A DNA stretch of 64,000 bases from assembly GCA_044450345.1 (NCBI GenBank), contig JBIOIY010000003.1, positions 1-64,000 of the forward strand, in the 5' to 3' direction. The notes under the pieces are model-generated. The model saw only the letters and a list, made by a program, of their open reading frames with translations. It was not told where the DNA came from and did no database searches. Below, piece after piece: positions 1 to 10,233 of this stretch (positions are counted from its first letter, which is position 1; each line of letters opens with the position of its first letter). This stretch comes from Thermodesulfovibrionales bacterium. GTDB lineage: Bacteria; Nitrospirota; Thermodesulfovibrionia; Thermodesulfovibrionales; UBA6898. Position numbers and translations under genes: made by a program.

Positions 1-268
1 CCTTCTGCAGGCCGTATTGGGGGTCACAAACGGTATTGTAGGGACGGTAAGCACGTCCTTGCTGGGTGATCTTACTATAAAGGAGCAGAGGGGCAAGACC
101 GTTGGAAAGTTTAATGCGATTGTGAGTGTCTCTTCAGCTGCGGGTCTGCTCTTAGGGGGGTATCTGGCGAAGGCTTACGGGCTCCAGTATCTTTTCTATC
201 TTGCTTCTATTTCCATAGCGTCTTCCACTGCCCTGCTTTTTTCCCTGAAGGAAAACAGCGCAATCTAA
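1..268 (+). CDS. MFS transporter, C-terminal part (truncated by window edge)
   Basis: Hydrophobic helices plus 'LLGDLTIKEQRGKTVGKFNA', a typical MFS second-half loop; stop TAA at 266-268. Confidence 0.75.
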   Translation, partial: LLQAVLGVTNGIVGTVSTSLLGDLTIKEQRGKTVGKFNAIVSVSSAAGLLLGGYLAKAYGLQYLFYLASISIASSTALLFSLKENSAI

Positions 269-338
269 TATCTTCAGTTTGCAACAGGCCGAAGCGGCGG
301 TTCCGGTATAATAGATGTATAGAAACGGAGGAACAGTT

Positions 339-542
339 ATGGCAAAGTATACGGCACCAATCGACGAAGATACGCGACAGAGGATCCTTGCATTACCGGG
401 ACGCGTACACTTCTCGGACTTCATGAAAAAGGCCATCACCATCTTTGTCGAGGAGCTTGAGAAAGATCCGGACCTCCGGCCGGAGAATTTCATCATCACT
501 CACACCGCCCGGAAAGACACAGCGGACAAAAAAAGAAAATAA
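339..542 (+). CDS. Small putative ribbon-helix-helix DNA-binding protein
   Basis: GGAGG RBS before ATG 339; beta-strand KYTAPI followed by helices DEDTRQRILAL and FSDFMKKAITIF; ends 3 nt before greB. Confidence 0.5.
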   Translation: MAKYTAPIDEDTRQRILALPGRVHFSDFMKKAITIFVEELEKDPDLRPENFIITHTARKDTADKKRK

Positions 543-545
543 GGC

Positions 546-1046
546 ATGCAACCATCCCGTGATAAAGTGAATACCTCCCGGTATATTACCCCTGAGGGCC
601 GGACGCGTTTAAGCGAGGAACTCTCGTATCTCTGGAGGGTGAAGCGCCCCCAGGTCACACAGGCGGTTGCCGAAGCCGCGGCAATGGGGGACCGTTCGGA
701 GAACGCGGAGTATATCTACGGCAAGAAGCAGTTAAGGCAGATCGATTCCCGCATGCAGTTTCTCACAAAGAGGTTGAACGAATTGATTGTCGTGGACAGG
801 CCGCCTGATGATCAGTCCAAGGTATTTTTCGGTGCCTGGGTCGGGCTCGAGGATTCCGAGGGGAATCTGTTCCGGTATCGCATCGTCGGTCCGGACGAAT
901 CCGATCTCAAAAGGGGTTTTATCAGCATTGATTCTCCGATGGCCAGGGCGTTGTTGCGCAAGACCGAGGGTGAAGAAGTCATGGTGACCAGACCCCAAGG
1001 TACGGACGCCTTTGTAGTGACGTCAGTCGGCTATGAAGTGAAATAG
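546..1046 (+). CDS. greB: Transcription elongation factor GreB
   Basis: [47 protein letters not shown] and [12 protein letters not shown] motifs. Confidence 0.95.
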   Translation: MQPSRDKVNTSRYITPEGRTRLSEELSYLWRVKRPQVTQAVAEAAAMGDRSENAEYIYGKKQLRQIDSRMQFLTKRLNELIVVDRPPDDQSKVFFGAWVGLEDSEGNLFRYRIVGPDESDLKRGFISIDSPMARALLRKTEGEEVMVTRPQGTDAFVVTSVGYEVK

Positions 1047-1084
1047 CAAGGAATGCAACTCGCAACCGGGGTACGCTCCCGAAC

Positions 1085-1306
1085 TTATGGTCTTTTTCCT
1101 CTGTTTCGGATAATAAGGCCGTTCAGAAAGTTTCTCAATATCTGATCGCCGCATTCTTTATAATTTCTGTGGTCCGGGGTCCTGAAAAGAGCGGAGAGTT
1201 CGGATTTGGTAATTTCAAAATCTGCAAGTTTCAGGATCTCAATAATATCAGTATCTTTAAGTTCCAGCGCGATTCTCAGTTTTTTCAATATGTCATTATT
1301 GGTCAT
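1085..1306 (-). CDS. DUF1456 (YehS-like) family protein
   Basis: MTNNDILKKLRIAL...YKECGDQILRNFLNGL pattern. Confidence 0.85.
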   Translation of the reverse strand: MTNNDILKKLRIALELKDTDIIEILKLADFEITKSELSALFRTPDHRNYKECGDQILRNFLNGLIIRNRGKRP

Positions 1307-1494
1307 TGCCCTCTCCCATTCCCGTCCCTACCGGGGGTCCTCAGCGCCCCTCCGCATCAGTCCTCGATGCTGACATTATAAGCCGTCAAGCGCTTTTTCT
1401 GCATTTTTTGTTCTTGTAACAGCGGTGACCACATTGTTTTTGCCTTCAATCGTAAGCGCAGCGAGTGTAAGGCTGCCTGACATGCATGCGTGTC

Positions 1495-2520
1495 TCAAAG
1501 TTCCGGTGAAACGGACTGAATATCCTCCATTGCCGCCGACTCGAAAATCGCCTCCGGCAGTACGAGGCCGGTCTCCTCAGAGCCGTCACAGCTGAAGCGG
1601 TGTGGTTTATCATCGACGATCCTGAAGCCGAGGGGAAAGGCCAAGGTAATGGGAAAATCACCTGTGCCGAGAGGGTTCAGATAGGCGGGAATATAAGCCG
1701 TCCTGCCCACCGGGTCCTTCAAATAATAATCCGTGATCTGCCGGGCCGTCTCCCTAACACCCTTCATGCAAAGGCCGGCATAATCTTCAAAGAGGTTTGT
1801 CCAATAGTCCGCACAACCGGCGCCGTTTTTGAGCCCGTCATCTACGAGTGTCATTGTCCTGTCAACCAATATGCTTGACCCCGAGATCCCGAACTCCAGT
1901 TGGTAAGGATACTTCCCGATGATGTCTTCCCTCACCCTGTCTGTCAGCGCCTTGTCTGCGGCAATGAGACGCACCCGGTCCTCTGCACGAAAGGTCTTTG
2001 CCCACCGGATACCATAAAACTCCCGGCTCAGAACGTGCGCGCCTGACGGATGCGGATCTTTTCCTAAGTCCTTGCCAAGGCAGAGGAACCGAGGCCCGCC
2101 GATAACTACAGGCTGTCCTCCCTCAAGGTAGATCTTATCTGTATTCAGCTCTACTACATAGGCATTTCCATTCCGGTCTTTGCCTACGTACACAAGTATG
2201 TGGTCGTACTTGCCGGGTATGAGTAGTGAAAGAAAATCCTGTTCTGCGCCGGTCTGTCTTGTCAAGCCGACAAATATAATGTCCCACTTCCTAAGAGGCA
2301 GGAAGACTGTCTCGTCTTCTTCATTGCGATTGGCTGGAAAGAGGTAGGCTTCATCGGTGAGCAGGTCCAGCCTGGCATCGCGGATGATCTCATCAGGGGA
2401 GAGGACTGCGTTGTCATGCCCGCAGCCGGACGGCATCAAGAGAAGTGCAAACAAAATCATCGTTTTCAGGAACGATAAATTGACCTGCAGGCATCTTTTC
2501 ATGAGGCAACCTTCTTTCAT
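1495..2520 (-). CDS. Putative lipoprotein, permuted papain-like (YiiX/YaeF-type NlpC/P60) amidase candidate
   Basis: Signal peptide ending MPSGC; WDIIFVG, PGKYDHILVYVG, downstream YPY and GCADY (His precedes Cys). Start may be 2502. Confidence 0.55.
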   Translation of the reverse strand: MKEGCLMKRCLQVNLSFLKTMILFALLLMPSGCGHDNAVLSPDEIIRDARLDLLTDEAYLFPANRNEEDETVFLPLRKWDIIFVGLTRQTGAEQDFLSLLIPGKYDHILVYVGKDRNGNAYVVELNTDKIYLEGGQPVVIGGPRFLCLGKDLGKDPHPSGAHVLSREFYGIRWAKTFRAEDRVRLIAADKALTDRVREDIIGKYPYQLEFGISGSSILVDRTMTLVDDGLKNGAGCADYWTNLFEDYAGLCMKGVRETARQITDYYLKDPVGRTAYIPAYLNPLGTGDFPITLAFPLGFRIVDDKPHRFSCDGSEETGLVLPEAIFESAAMEDIQSVSPEL

Positions 2521-2574
2521 ACGAATTCAGTTGACGCTGTTGAATTCATTATTGCACAAAACGTACGAATCCTC

Positions 2575-2605
2575 CACAATCGGGCACAATCGGGCACAAT
2601 CGGGC
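2575..2605. repeat. Tandem repeat (CACAATCGGG) x3
   Basis: Read directly: cacaatcggg cacaatcggg cacaatcggg c. Confidence 0.9.
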
Positions 2606-2731
2606 CTGGAAGGGAATAAGATGGGGTGTGACGAACCGCACAGAAGCAACGATGTGTAAAAAGCCACGAAGGACATTAAACGACCACTTGACCTTATCTA
2701 TCGCAAAAATAATAGATACTGTACCCGGCGC

Positions 2732-3457
2732 CTAGAACCTGTATTCTGAATTTGTCGGATCAAAGTCTGCTTCGGTGAGTCCGGCATCAAGCTTTATCGC
2801 CTCATATCCATAACTTTCCAGAAGGGTGTCATCCCAACCATAGATATGCACTCTCACAGGCAGTTTTGTCTCCACATCAAGGTTAATCAGGGCCCGATAA
2901 CAGTAATAACTTCCCGCGTTGTTTTTGGGAAAGATTATCTCAACTCTTTTGGTGGTCCTTCCATATACTCTCTCTTCCCCCTGCTCTCTGAGGTCAATTT
3001 CGCGGGCCTTTACGCCTTTCTCGAAGTTTTCCCTTATGAGTTTCACAAGGTTTTCAAGTCCGGAATCCGTGACAGGATGGCGGCTGCCCTTCATAACTAA
3101 AGCGCCTTTCGGATCAATGTTCACTGTCATTATCCCTGCGATGCCGCATTCGCGGACCTTGAGAAGATTGTCATTATGTCCCTCGATATAGAGCGATTCG
3201 CGCCCCTTATGAGGCTCTTTCGCCCATTTCATATAGACCTTGAAAGGCCTCTTGAATTTAAGGAAAATCGTTTCCTCGTCGGTTAGTCTCTCTTGAATCC
3301 GCTCCTGCTTATGAAAAATTGCAGTGTAGCTTTCCGTTCTTGCAAGTGTCGACTCGGCATGTCTCAGCCAGTTTTCCACTTCTGCTTTGTCATAGGCCCC
3401 GGCCGTCGCAGACCTGAATACAAGGACCAACAGCAAAAGGATTATGCATTTTTTCAT
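2732..3457 (-). CDS. DUF1571 domain exported protein (LolA-like fold)
   Basis: Signal peptide from ATG 3457 with GGGAG RBS; YTAIFHKQER, LKFKRPFKVYMKW, SRHPVTDSG and DFDPTNSEYRF motifs. Confidence 0.8.
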   Translation of the reverse strand: MKKCIILLLLVLVFRSATAGAYDKAEVENWLRHAESTLARTESYTAIFHKQERIQERLTDEETIFLKFKRPFKVYMKWAKEPHKGRESLYIEGHNDNLLKVRECGIAGIMTVNIDPKGALVMKGSRHPVTDSGLENLVKLIRENFEKGVKAREIDLREQGEERVYGRTTKRVEIIFPKNNAGSYYCYRALINLDVETKLPVRVHIYGWDDTLLESYGYEAIKLDAGLTEADFDPTNSEYRF

Positions 3458-3893
3458 TACTCCCGATTTATATGCCATAGATTCCTTATTATACAGGTAA
3501 ACTCGTCTCACCAGGCCGTTTGTATGCACAATCGCGCAAGCAAACAGATTTTCTCACATGCCCGATTATAGTCGGCACACTTTACAATAGTATTACAGCT
3601 GTATGAAATTTCGGTTATTATTCCAGAAGTCAGGCATACGGGGTAAAAGAGAGAGGACGCCGCCACCAGCACGCACTCACAGAAGTCGATACAAATTATG
3701 AGCCTGACTATTATGAGGAGTAGAAGTAAGAAAAGTTAAACAGATGGAAGCACTGTTTCCCATAAACAGAATAAGGCAACTCAGGGAAAAACGTCCCCAA
3801 AGTTACTCCAGCGTCCTGATGGAGAAGGAAGAGAGGAAGAAGTCCCTCAAGATCGATCTTATAGCGGTTGGCAAGAGGAAAAGGAAGGAAAAC

Positions 3894-3920
3894 AAAAAAG
3901 GCCCCGAGAGGGGCCTTTTT
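3894..3920. terminator. Bidirectional intrinsic terminator
   Basis: aaaaaaGGCCCC gaga GGGGCCttttt, just downstream of the 3940..4317 stop. Confidence 0.85.
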
Positions 3921-3939
3921 GTCTGTCCTGCGTGAGATA

Positions 3940-4317
3940 TCAGCCTTCTTTGTTCCCGGGGCTCTCCCCTTCGTCCTTCTTTGCTGTTTCTGAACCTTTC
4001 TTCTTGCCGGCGAGGTACGATTCGCTCGGCCTCCAGCCGAAGGACGCCGCCCTTTGGGTCGGCGCCGTCACCGCGGAAGACACCTTCTTGAGGACCACCT
4101 TCACGAGTATCGCAATCCCGATGAAGGGCAGAAACGCTGCATAGAGCAACCCCAATACCGGCGCGAGTGCTATGATTCCGGTTGCCGGAAGCCTGTAATA
4201 GACGTTATTCTTGCCGCCCGGAAGTATACCCTCGGTGCTTATGTCGATCCGCTCACCCGTAGAGAAGTTCCAGTACGACCCTTTTCCGACCTTGGTTCCT
4301 GCGTTGTGCTTTAACAT
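3940..4317 (-). CDS. Hypothetical membrane protein
   Basis: GGAGG RBS, central hydrophobic hairpin, own terminator. Confidence 0.75.
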   Translation of the reverse strand: MLKHNAGTKVGKGSYWNFSTGERIDISTEGILPGGKNNVYYRLPATGIIALAPVLGLLYAAFLPFIGIAILVKVVLKKVSSAVTAPTQRAASFGWRPSESYLAGKKKGSETAKKDEGESPGNKEG

Positions 4318-4772
4318 TTTCTTGTCCTCCTTTTCTCTTTTTTCCTTTGTTCTGATTATAGGTTACTCCTCTCGCAGTCTTCGTACAATTGGAAGAAGAT
4401 CGTACTCGACGGGGTGATGTGTTCTTAGTGAGGCGAGTAAAGTTGCTGTGGGGAGACGGATAATTGCCCGGAGATCTTTACTAATACGGCCCAACTTACT
4501 GTTTCCGCACTATAACGAGCCAGCAGCCCAGCCCGAACCATGCGGCGGTACGGCTCCCTCCTGCGTCCGGTATATAATCTTATGTCGAGAGGATTATGGA
4601 GTCCACTTTCGCCTGTGTGGAATGGCGGGAGAACCCTTCATCAATAACTGACCAAAAAAGAGACATGGGGACATTTTCAGCGATCGGTGCGGATAACACC
4701 GACCACTTCACAGCTATTGGAAACCGAAACTATTGCGGGTTTCCGATACAAACAGAGCGTAACATAGGCCAG

Positions 4773-6857
4773 TCAATTCTTAGTTGCACTGATCAACTTA
4801 AACCATATCTGACCATCGGCCGAAGGCACTTTTTCAAATTCGGCCTTGTAAGAAATATCCTTATAAATGCCCGCAGGCACCTGAAGCCTTAAATCAGAAG
4901 TCAATGTCGAAGCCTGACAATCGATATAGTCTTGAGGGTTTGCCACTTCATGATTTATGACTCTGCATATGATGCTGCCAGCGTCAGACTGGCATATTGC
5001 ATCGCCTTGTATATAGTTTCCGTTGAAATTGATGATCGGAACATGGAGCGTAAGGTCGTCTGACAACGTGGCAGTGCAGTTTCCGCTTACGGGGTCCGAC
5101 TGAAGAATAGTGCCATAATCGTCTCCCACGGCTACAAAGGTGCCATTGCCATAGGTCACCGCAGACAAAGAAACAGTTGTTCCCGAATTGCTGGATGTCC
5201 ACGTTATTCCATCGGGTGAGGTGAGAATAGCGCCAGAATCTCCCACAGCCACAAAGTTACTATTGCCATAGGTTACCCCGGACAAAGAAACATTTGTTCC
5301 CGAATTCCTAGATGTCCACGTTATTCCATCCGGTGAGGCGAGGATGGCGCCAGATTCTCCGACAGCCATAGAGTAGACAGGGCCTTTGACATAACCCTCC
5401 ACGGCCACAAATATGCCATTGCCATAGGTCACCCCATTCAAAGAATACTCAGAAAATGACCCCGAATTCCTAGATGTCCACGTTACTCCATCGGGTGAGG
5501 TGAGGATAGCGGCAGGATACCCGACGGCCACAAAGGTGCCATTGCCGTAGGTCACTCCATACAAAGAATGATTTGTTCCCGAATTCCTAGATGTCCAAGT
5601 TACCCCATCCGGGGAGGTGACGATGGCGCCATATTCCCCCACGGCCACAAATGTGCCATTGCTATAGGTCACGCCATTCAAAAAAGCCGATGGATCCCAA
5701 ATTCCGTATGTCCATGTTACTCCATCTGTGGAGGTGAGGATGGCAACCATTCCCACGGCTACAAAAGTGCCATTGCCATAGGTCACCCCATTTAAATAAT
5801 CATAATGAGCTGCCCCAGAATTCCTCGATGCCCACGTTGTTCCATCGGGTGAGGATAGGATGCGGCCATCCGATCCCACAGCCACAAAAGTACCGTTGCC
5901 ATAGGTCACCCCGGACCCATGATCATAATCAACTGCCGAACGTCTAGATGTCCACGTTGTTCCATCAGGTGAAGTGAGAATTGCACCAAAACTCCCTACG
6001 GCTACAAAGGTGCCATTGCCATAGGTCACCGCAGACAAAGAAACAGTTGTTCCCGAATTGCTGGATGTCCACGTTACTCCATCAGGTGAAGTGAGAATTG
6101 CACCAGGACTCCCTACGGCCACAAAGTTGTTGTTGCCATGGGTTACCCCATGAAAGAAACCATTTGTTCCCGACATTCGGGATGTCCACGTTACTCCATC
6201 AGGTGAGGTGAGAATTGCACCGTTATACCCCACAGCCATAAAAGTACCATTGCCATAGGTCAGTCCAAATACATAATCAGTTGTTCCCGAATTGCTGGAT
6301 GCCCACGTTACGCCATCTGGTGAGGTGAGTATTAAATTAGGAGCCCCGATGGCTACAAAAGTGCCGCTACCATAGGTCACCTCAAACAGGTCGGGAGTGT
6401 CCACGCTTCTGGATGTCCATGTTACTGCGTCAGACGAAGTGAGAATTGTTCCTTTAGTCCCTACGGCCACAAATGTGGTGTCACCATGGGTCACCCCATA
6501 TAAATAATCATTTGTTCCCGACATTCGGGATGTCCATGTTGTTCCATCGGGTGAGGTGAGGATAGTGCCATAATACCCCACGGCCACAAAGATGCCATTG
6601 TCATAAGTCACCCCTTGCAGGGGGGTAGTTCCCACGTTTCCGGGTGTCCACGTTACTCCATCAGGCGAGGTGAGGATGGTACCAGAATACCCCACGGCCA
6701 CAAAGATGCCGTTGCCATAGGCGACATCAGCAAGGTGATTGCCCTGGGGCAAAGGATTACGACAGTGCCAGTTGTCAAGAGGTTTAGCATAAGATAGATA
6801 AGGAAAGGCGATAAAAATTAAGCTGTATACACAGCTAATAATTCTTCCAAGTCTCAT
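4773..6857 (-). CDS. Secreted BNR/Asp-box-like repeat beta-propeller protein (about 14 blades)
   Basis: Signal peptide, then 14 repeats of about 40 aa (L.GVTYGNGTFVAVG..GAILTSPDG.TWT) and a Cys-containing C-terminal domain. Confidence 0.85.
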   Translation of the reverse strand: MRLGRIISCVYSLIFIAFPYLSYAKPLDNWHCRNPLPQGNHLADVAYGNGIFVAVGYSGTILTSPDGVTWTPGNVGTTPLQGVTYDNGIFVAVGYYGTILTSPDGTTWTSRMSGTNDYLYGVTHGDTTFVAVGTKGTILTSSDAVTWTSRSVDTPDLFEVTYGSGTFVAIGAPNLILTSPDGVTWASSNSGTTDYVFGLTYGNGTFMAVGYNGAILTSPDGVTWTSRMSGTNGFFHGVTHGNNNFVAVGSPGAILTSPDGVTWTSSNSGTTVSLSAVTYGNGTFVAVGSFGAILTSPDGTTWTSRRSAVDYDHGSGVTYGNGTFVAVGSDGRILSSPDGTTWASRNSGAAHYDYLNGVTYGNGTFVAVGMVAILTSTDGVTWTYGIWDPSAFLNGVTYSNGTFVAVGEYGAIVTSPDGVTWTSRNSGTNHSLYGVTYGNGTFVAVGYPAAILTSPDGVTWTSRNSGSFSEYSLNGVTYGNGIFVAVEGYVKGPVYSMAVGESGAILASPDGITWTSRNSGTNVSLSGVTYGNSNFVAVGDSGAILTSPDGITWTSSNSGTTVSLSAVTYGNGTFVAVGDDYGTILQSDPVSGNCTATLSDDLTLHVPIINFNGNYIQGDAICQSDAGSIICRVINHEVANPQDYIDCQASTLTSDLRLQVPAGIYKDISYKAEFEKVPSADGQIWFKLISATKN

Positions 6858-7045
6858 GATCCCTCCATTCGGATGCTATGATCCCGTCACTTAGCATTTA
6901 TTATATACCTTGCCGCTCAAATCAGAGTCAACAAAAATCTGTTTATTTCCGGCGGTACTCCGAAGACTGACAAAACGTTGGAAAAATGCGGACTTCAGGA
7001 AGAAGTCGAAAAGTTTATTGAGCCTCAGCTAAACGGGCTTGCCTT

Positions 7046-7630
7046 TTATGTTTTGTCCTTGCCAAGTATACGCTCAATGCGGCGATCGGGGACTAGCCAC
7101 ATTAGCGCGACGAACACATAGATACTGCCTGCGATCCAAGGCTCATAAATTGCCGCCAGGATTGCAGTCCCATAGAGGACGGGTGACAGCTTTCCTTTGA
7201 TGTCACGACCAACCGCCTTCGCCAGTAGCGAGTCGACGCCTTGGCTCGAAATAATGGCGTGCTGCAAGGCGAAATATGCAATTGCGGCCATAAGCAGAAC
7301 GAAACCATAAAGCGCCATCGTCGCAGGAGCAAAATGATTCTCCCCCATCCAGCCTGTGACGAACGGAAAAAGCGACAGCCAGAAGAGGAGATGCAGGTTT
7401 GCCCACAAAACAGCCCCGGTCACATGTTGTGTGGTGTGCAACATGTGATGGTGATTGTTCCAGTAGATGGCCAGGTATACGAAGCTCAGCACGTAGCTTA
7501 GAAACACGGGCAGGAGCGGATTCAAAGCGGCAAAGTCGGCACCGTGCGGTACCTTCATTTCCAGAACCATGATGGTTATGATTATGGCAAGAACGCCGTC
7601 ACTGAATGCTTCTAGTCTGTTTTTCCCCAT
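7046..7630 (-). CDS. TMEM175 family potassium channel (DUF1211)
   Basis: RLEAFSDGVLAIIITIMVLE signature, YWNNHHH, six TM segments. Confidence 0.92.
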   Translation of the reverse strand: MGKNRLEAFSDGVLAIIITIMVLEMKVPHGADFAALNPLLPVFLSYVLSFVYLAIYWNNHHHMLHTTQHVTGAVLWANLHLLFWLSLFPFVTGWMGENHFAPATMALYGFVLLMAAIAYFALQHAIISSQGVDSLLAKAVGRDIKGKLSPVLYGTAILAAIYEPWIAGSIYVFVALMWLVPDRRIERILGKDKT

Positions 7631-8152
7631 AACCCTTTATCCGACCTTCGATCTTCCTATCCATACCCTTAGCATGGAATCGCCTAGTTGTCCAGCGGAG
7701 AGCGGCAGCAGTTTCAAATAAGGATAAGAGGAGTTCTCTAGGCAAAGGTTACAAACGATTTACGTTGCAAATCCTCACTCCGCCAAAGCACGTCAGGACG
7801 CTGTATTTCAGGAAGGAGTCATTAAAACAGGGGTAACCCTCGATTCGTTTAGTTCACCGACGAGTCTTCAAAATCAATGTTCCTGTTCTGCTTTCAATTC
7901 CTTACAGCAGTCCGCGTGGTGACCTTGCCACTTCATACTGCGCAGTTCAAGGGGAAATTGTTATAAAGGCAAACGGTTCTCGAAACGCTGAGGTGCGCCT
8001 CAGCAACCATGAATTTGCACGCCGATAATGCTACAATTAAGGGCATCCAATATCAGGGGCAGCGAATATCTCCCGGCCGCTTTTGATTCCCCGGCTTCTG
8101 AGCTGAGGAGGCACAGCAGCGGGCGAAAAAAATTATCGTTGGTGGAGTGAAG

Positions 8153-8785
8153 ATGGCTATAGTCAGGTTCCTGGGTCGTAAGAAACTCAACTATCTTCTT
8201 AGACTATCCTCTGCAGTCTTTCTTCTTATCCTTGTTTCGCTTGCCGGTCGGTGCGGCGCTGAGGATGACGCGGCCTTGCCTGGTGATTCCTCAGTTTCGA
8301 GGGATGTTTCGACTGTCACACCGCGGGATGAAGGAGCGGACAAGACTGCCGACGGGTGGCTTTCCTTGTGGGGTGTCCCCGCCAGAGATGCCCTGCTGCT
8401 GGGCATGTGGTCCCTCCATACCAGTCCGCACCGTCATGAGAGAAACCCTACACAGAACCTCATCGGCCTGCAGTATAAAGGTTATTTTGCAAGCGCCCTG
8501 AAGAACAGCTACTACAAACAATCGTATTTTGCCGGCGTGACCAGGACGATTTATCTCAAAAGGCTTGCTCAGGATTTCAGCTTTGATATCACTTACAAGG
8601 CGGGCCTCATCACGGGATATGGCGAGCACTATCCAAATCTCGGCGGAATTTCGCCTTTTGTGCTCCCGACCTTCGGCCTGAGCTACAAGATGCTCGGGAT
8701 GGACTTTGCGATTTACCCCTCAGCGTATCCAGTATTCTCGGTCAATTTCAGGGTCAACATCGACAAACTTACCGGCCATAAGTGA
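8153..8785 (+). CDS. Outer-membrane beta-barrel protein, PagP-like
   Basis: Signal peptide; GMWSLH, LIGLQY, KNSYYKQSYFAG and AGLITGY; amphipathic strands at the C-terminus. Alternative GTG start at 8147. Confidence 0.55.
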   Translation: MAIVRFLGRKKLNYLLRLSSAVFLLILVSLAGRCGAEDDAALPGDSSVSRDVSTVTPRDEGADKTADGWLSLWGVPARDALLLGMWSLHTSPHRHERNPTQNLIGLQYKGYFASALKNSYYKQSYFAGVTRTIYLKRLAQDFSFDITYKAGLITGYGEHYPNLGGISPFVLPTFGLSYKMLGMDFAIYPSAYPVFSVNFRVNIDKLTGHK

Positions 8786-8936
8786 GTCATACAAGTTCAT
8801 CGCGGATCCGAGCAATTTATCTTGGGTCATGCCATTGTTGTCCGCGACTATCAGCGCGCAAAACCAACTCGCTGACGAGATCACTCTTTCTAAAAGAACT
8901 CCGCACATTTCTTTGTGAGAAGCTTATTGAGTAAGA

Positions 8937-10211
8937 CTAAGACTTCCTATTTCTTTTTTGCACATACATCAGTGTCTCCGCATGGGCCACTAATTCGTCA
9001 ACTGGACAAGGGGATTGCGGATCATAATAAGAAGCGCCATAACTTATCGACAGTGTGTATTTACATTCCTCTTTTGCATTGTGGCTTTCTATATTCTGAC
9101 GTAACCGTGTAGTGATCAGTTCTAAGGCATCTGTCGTATTTCCCACCGGAATAACTACGAACTCATCTCCTCCTACGCGGGCTATAATGTCAGACTCTCT
9201 GAAGGTCTGTTTGAAAATCGTGGCTGCTTCGACCAGAACTTTGTCGCCTTCAGGATGTCCGAATATATCATTGATCTCCTTGAGATTATCGAGGTCAGCA
9301 TAAAGCAAGAAAGCCCCTTTTTTCTGGCGCTGGCATAACTTCAATACCTGGTCACAGTGGGCAAAGAATCCCCGCCTGTTGTAAAGGCCAGTCAGTTCAT
9401 CTGTAAGTGACCACATGCGCAGTTTTTCTTCCATATTCTTTCGCTCAGTGATATCTTTCGAAATAATGGTTACAGCCACTATTTGTCCTGCGTCGCGTTT
9501 TACAGGACTCAATGTTTGAGCAAAATATCTATTGTCCCTCTTGCTTTTATATTCACGACTTATGGATTTCCCTGTCCCAAATACTTTATCGACATCTTTA
9601 GTAAAAGGACGCGTTTCCCAATCCTCGTGAAACTCGCTGTATGCATGACCAATATATTCATCACCTAGAAAGCCCATCCTTGCCATATGTTTCTTATTTA
9701 TATGGAGATACCTATAATTCCTATCCACCACATAAATAGAATCATCCGTAGATTCGACCAAGGAACGATATTTTTCCTCGCTTTCTTTCAGCGCCTCCTC
9801 GGCCCGCTTGTGCTCCGTGATATCGCGCCATATGGTTTGAAAAACCTTGCGGCCTGCCAAATCAATCACTTTTGTAATGACATGAACTTCTCTTAATTCT
9901 CCCTCCTTGGTTCTATGCTTGACTTCAAAGTCAGCTTTGCCCTCATTTAACACATTCCTTATACGGGCCTGACTTTCTTCAGGACTTTCTGTAGAATCGA
10001 TATCGGAGATTCTAAGATCAGCAAACTCCTCTCGTGAGAAGCCGAGCTGTCGATGGGCTGCTTCATTGAAATCAAGAATTTTTCCGTCAGTATCTATTAT
10101 CAGAATACCGTCAGGGGACTGTTCGAAAAGGGTACGGTACTTTATCTCCGTTTCACTATTTTCTCGCCCTGTGTAATTTGCTTTGGTTAGAGGTTGTCTT
10201 GGTTCTGACAT
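8937..10211 (-). CDS. PAS-PAS-GGDEF diguanylate cyclase
   Basis: Two PAS/PAC repeats ending DITE, then DELTGLYNRR, NDIFGHPEGD, RESD I-site and GGDEF. Confidence 0.95.
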   Translation of the reverse strand: MSEPRQPLTKANYTGRENSETEIKYRTLFEQSPDGILIIDTDGKILDFNEAAHRQLGFSREEFADLRISDIDSTESPEESQARIRNVLNEGKADFEVKHRTKEGELREVHVITKVIDLAGRKVFQTIWRDITEHKRAEEALKESEEKYRSLVESTDDSIYVVDRNYRYLHINKKHMARMGFLGDEYIGHAYSEFHEDWETRPFTKDVDKVFGTGKSISREYKSKRDNRYFAQTLSPVKRDAGQIVAVTIISKDITERKNMEEKLRMWSLTDELTGLYNRRGFFAHCDQVLKLCQRQKKGAFLLYADLDNLKEINDIFGHPEGDKVLVEAATIFKQTFRESDIIARVGGDEFVVIPVGNTTDALELITTRLRQNIESHNAKEECKYTLSISYGASYYDPQSPCPVDELVAHAETLMYVQKRNRKS

Positions 10212-10233
10212 ACTCTCTCAATTATGGATGTAT

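Noticed and set aside
2575..2605. 10-bp tandem repeat as a phase-variation or CRISPR element
   Set aside because: Only three units, no spacers, intergenic; most likely slippage.
3744..3935. 63-aa Lys/Arg-rich ORF
   Set aside because: Runs through a terminator hairpin in purine-rich DNA; no motif.
4773..6857. DNA repeats as a CRISPR array or DGR target
   Set aside because: The repeats are in-frame coding units; no cas genes, reverse transcriptase or adenine-specific template/variable pair.
7965..8030. Second c-di-GMP-I riboswitch (AAGGCAAAC..GAAA)
   Set aside because: No paired P2 around GAAA, no GCAAAG junction and no P3 or terminator.
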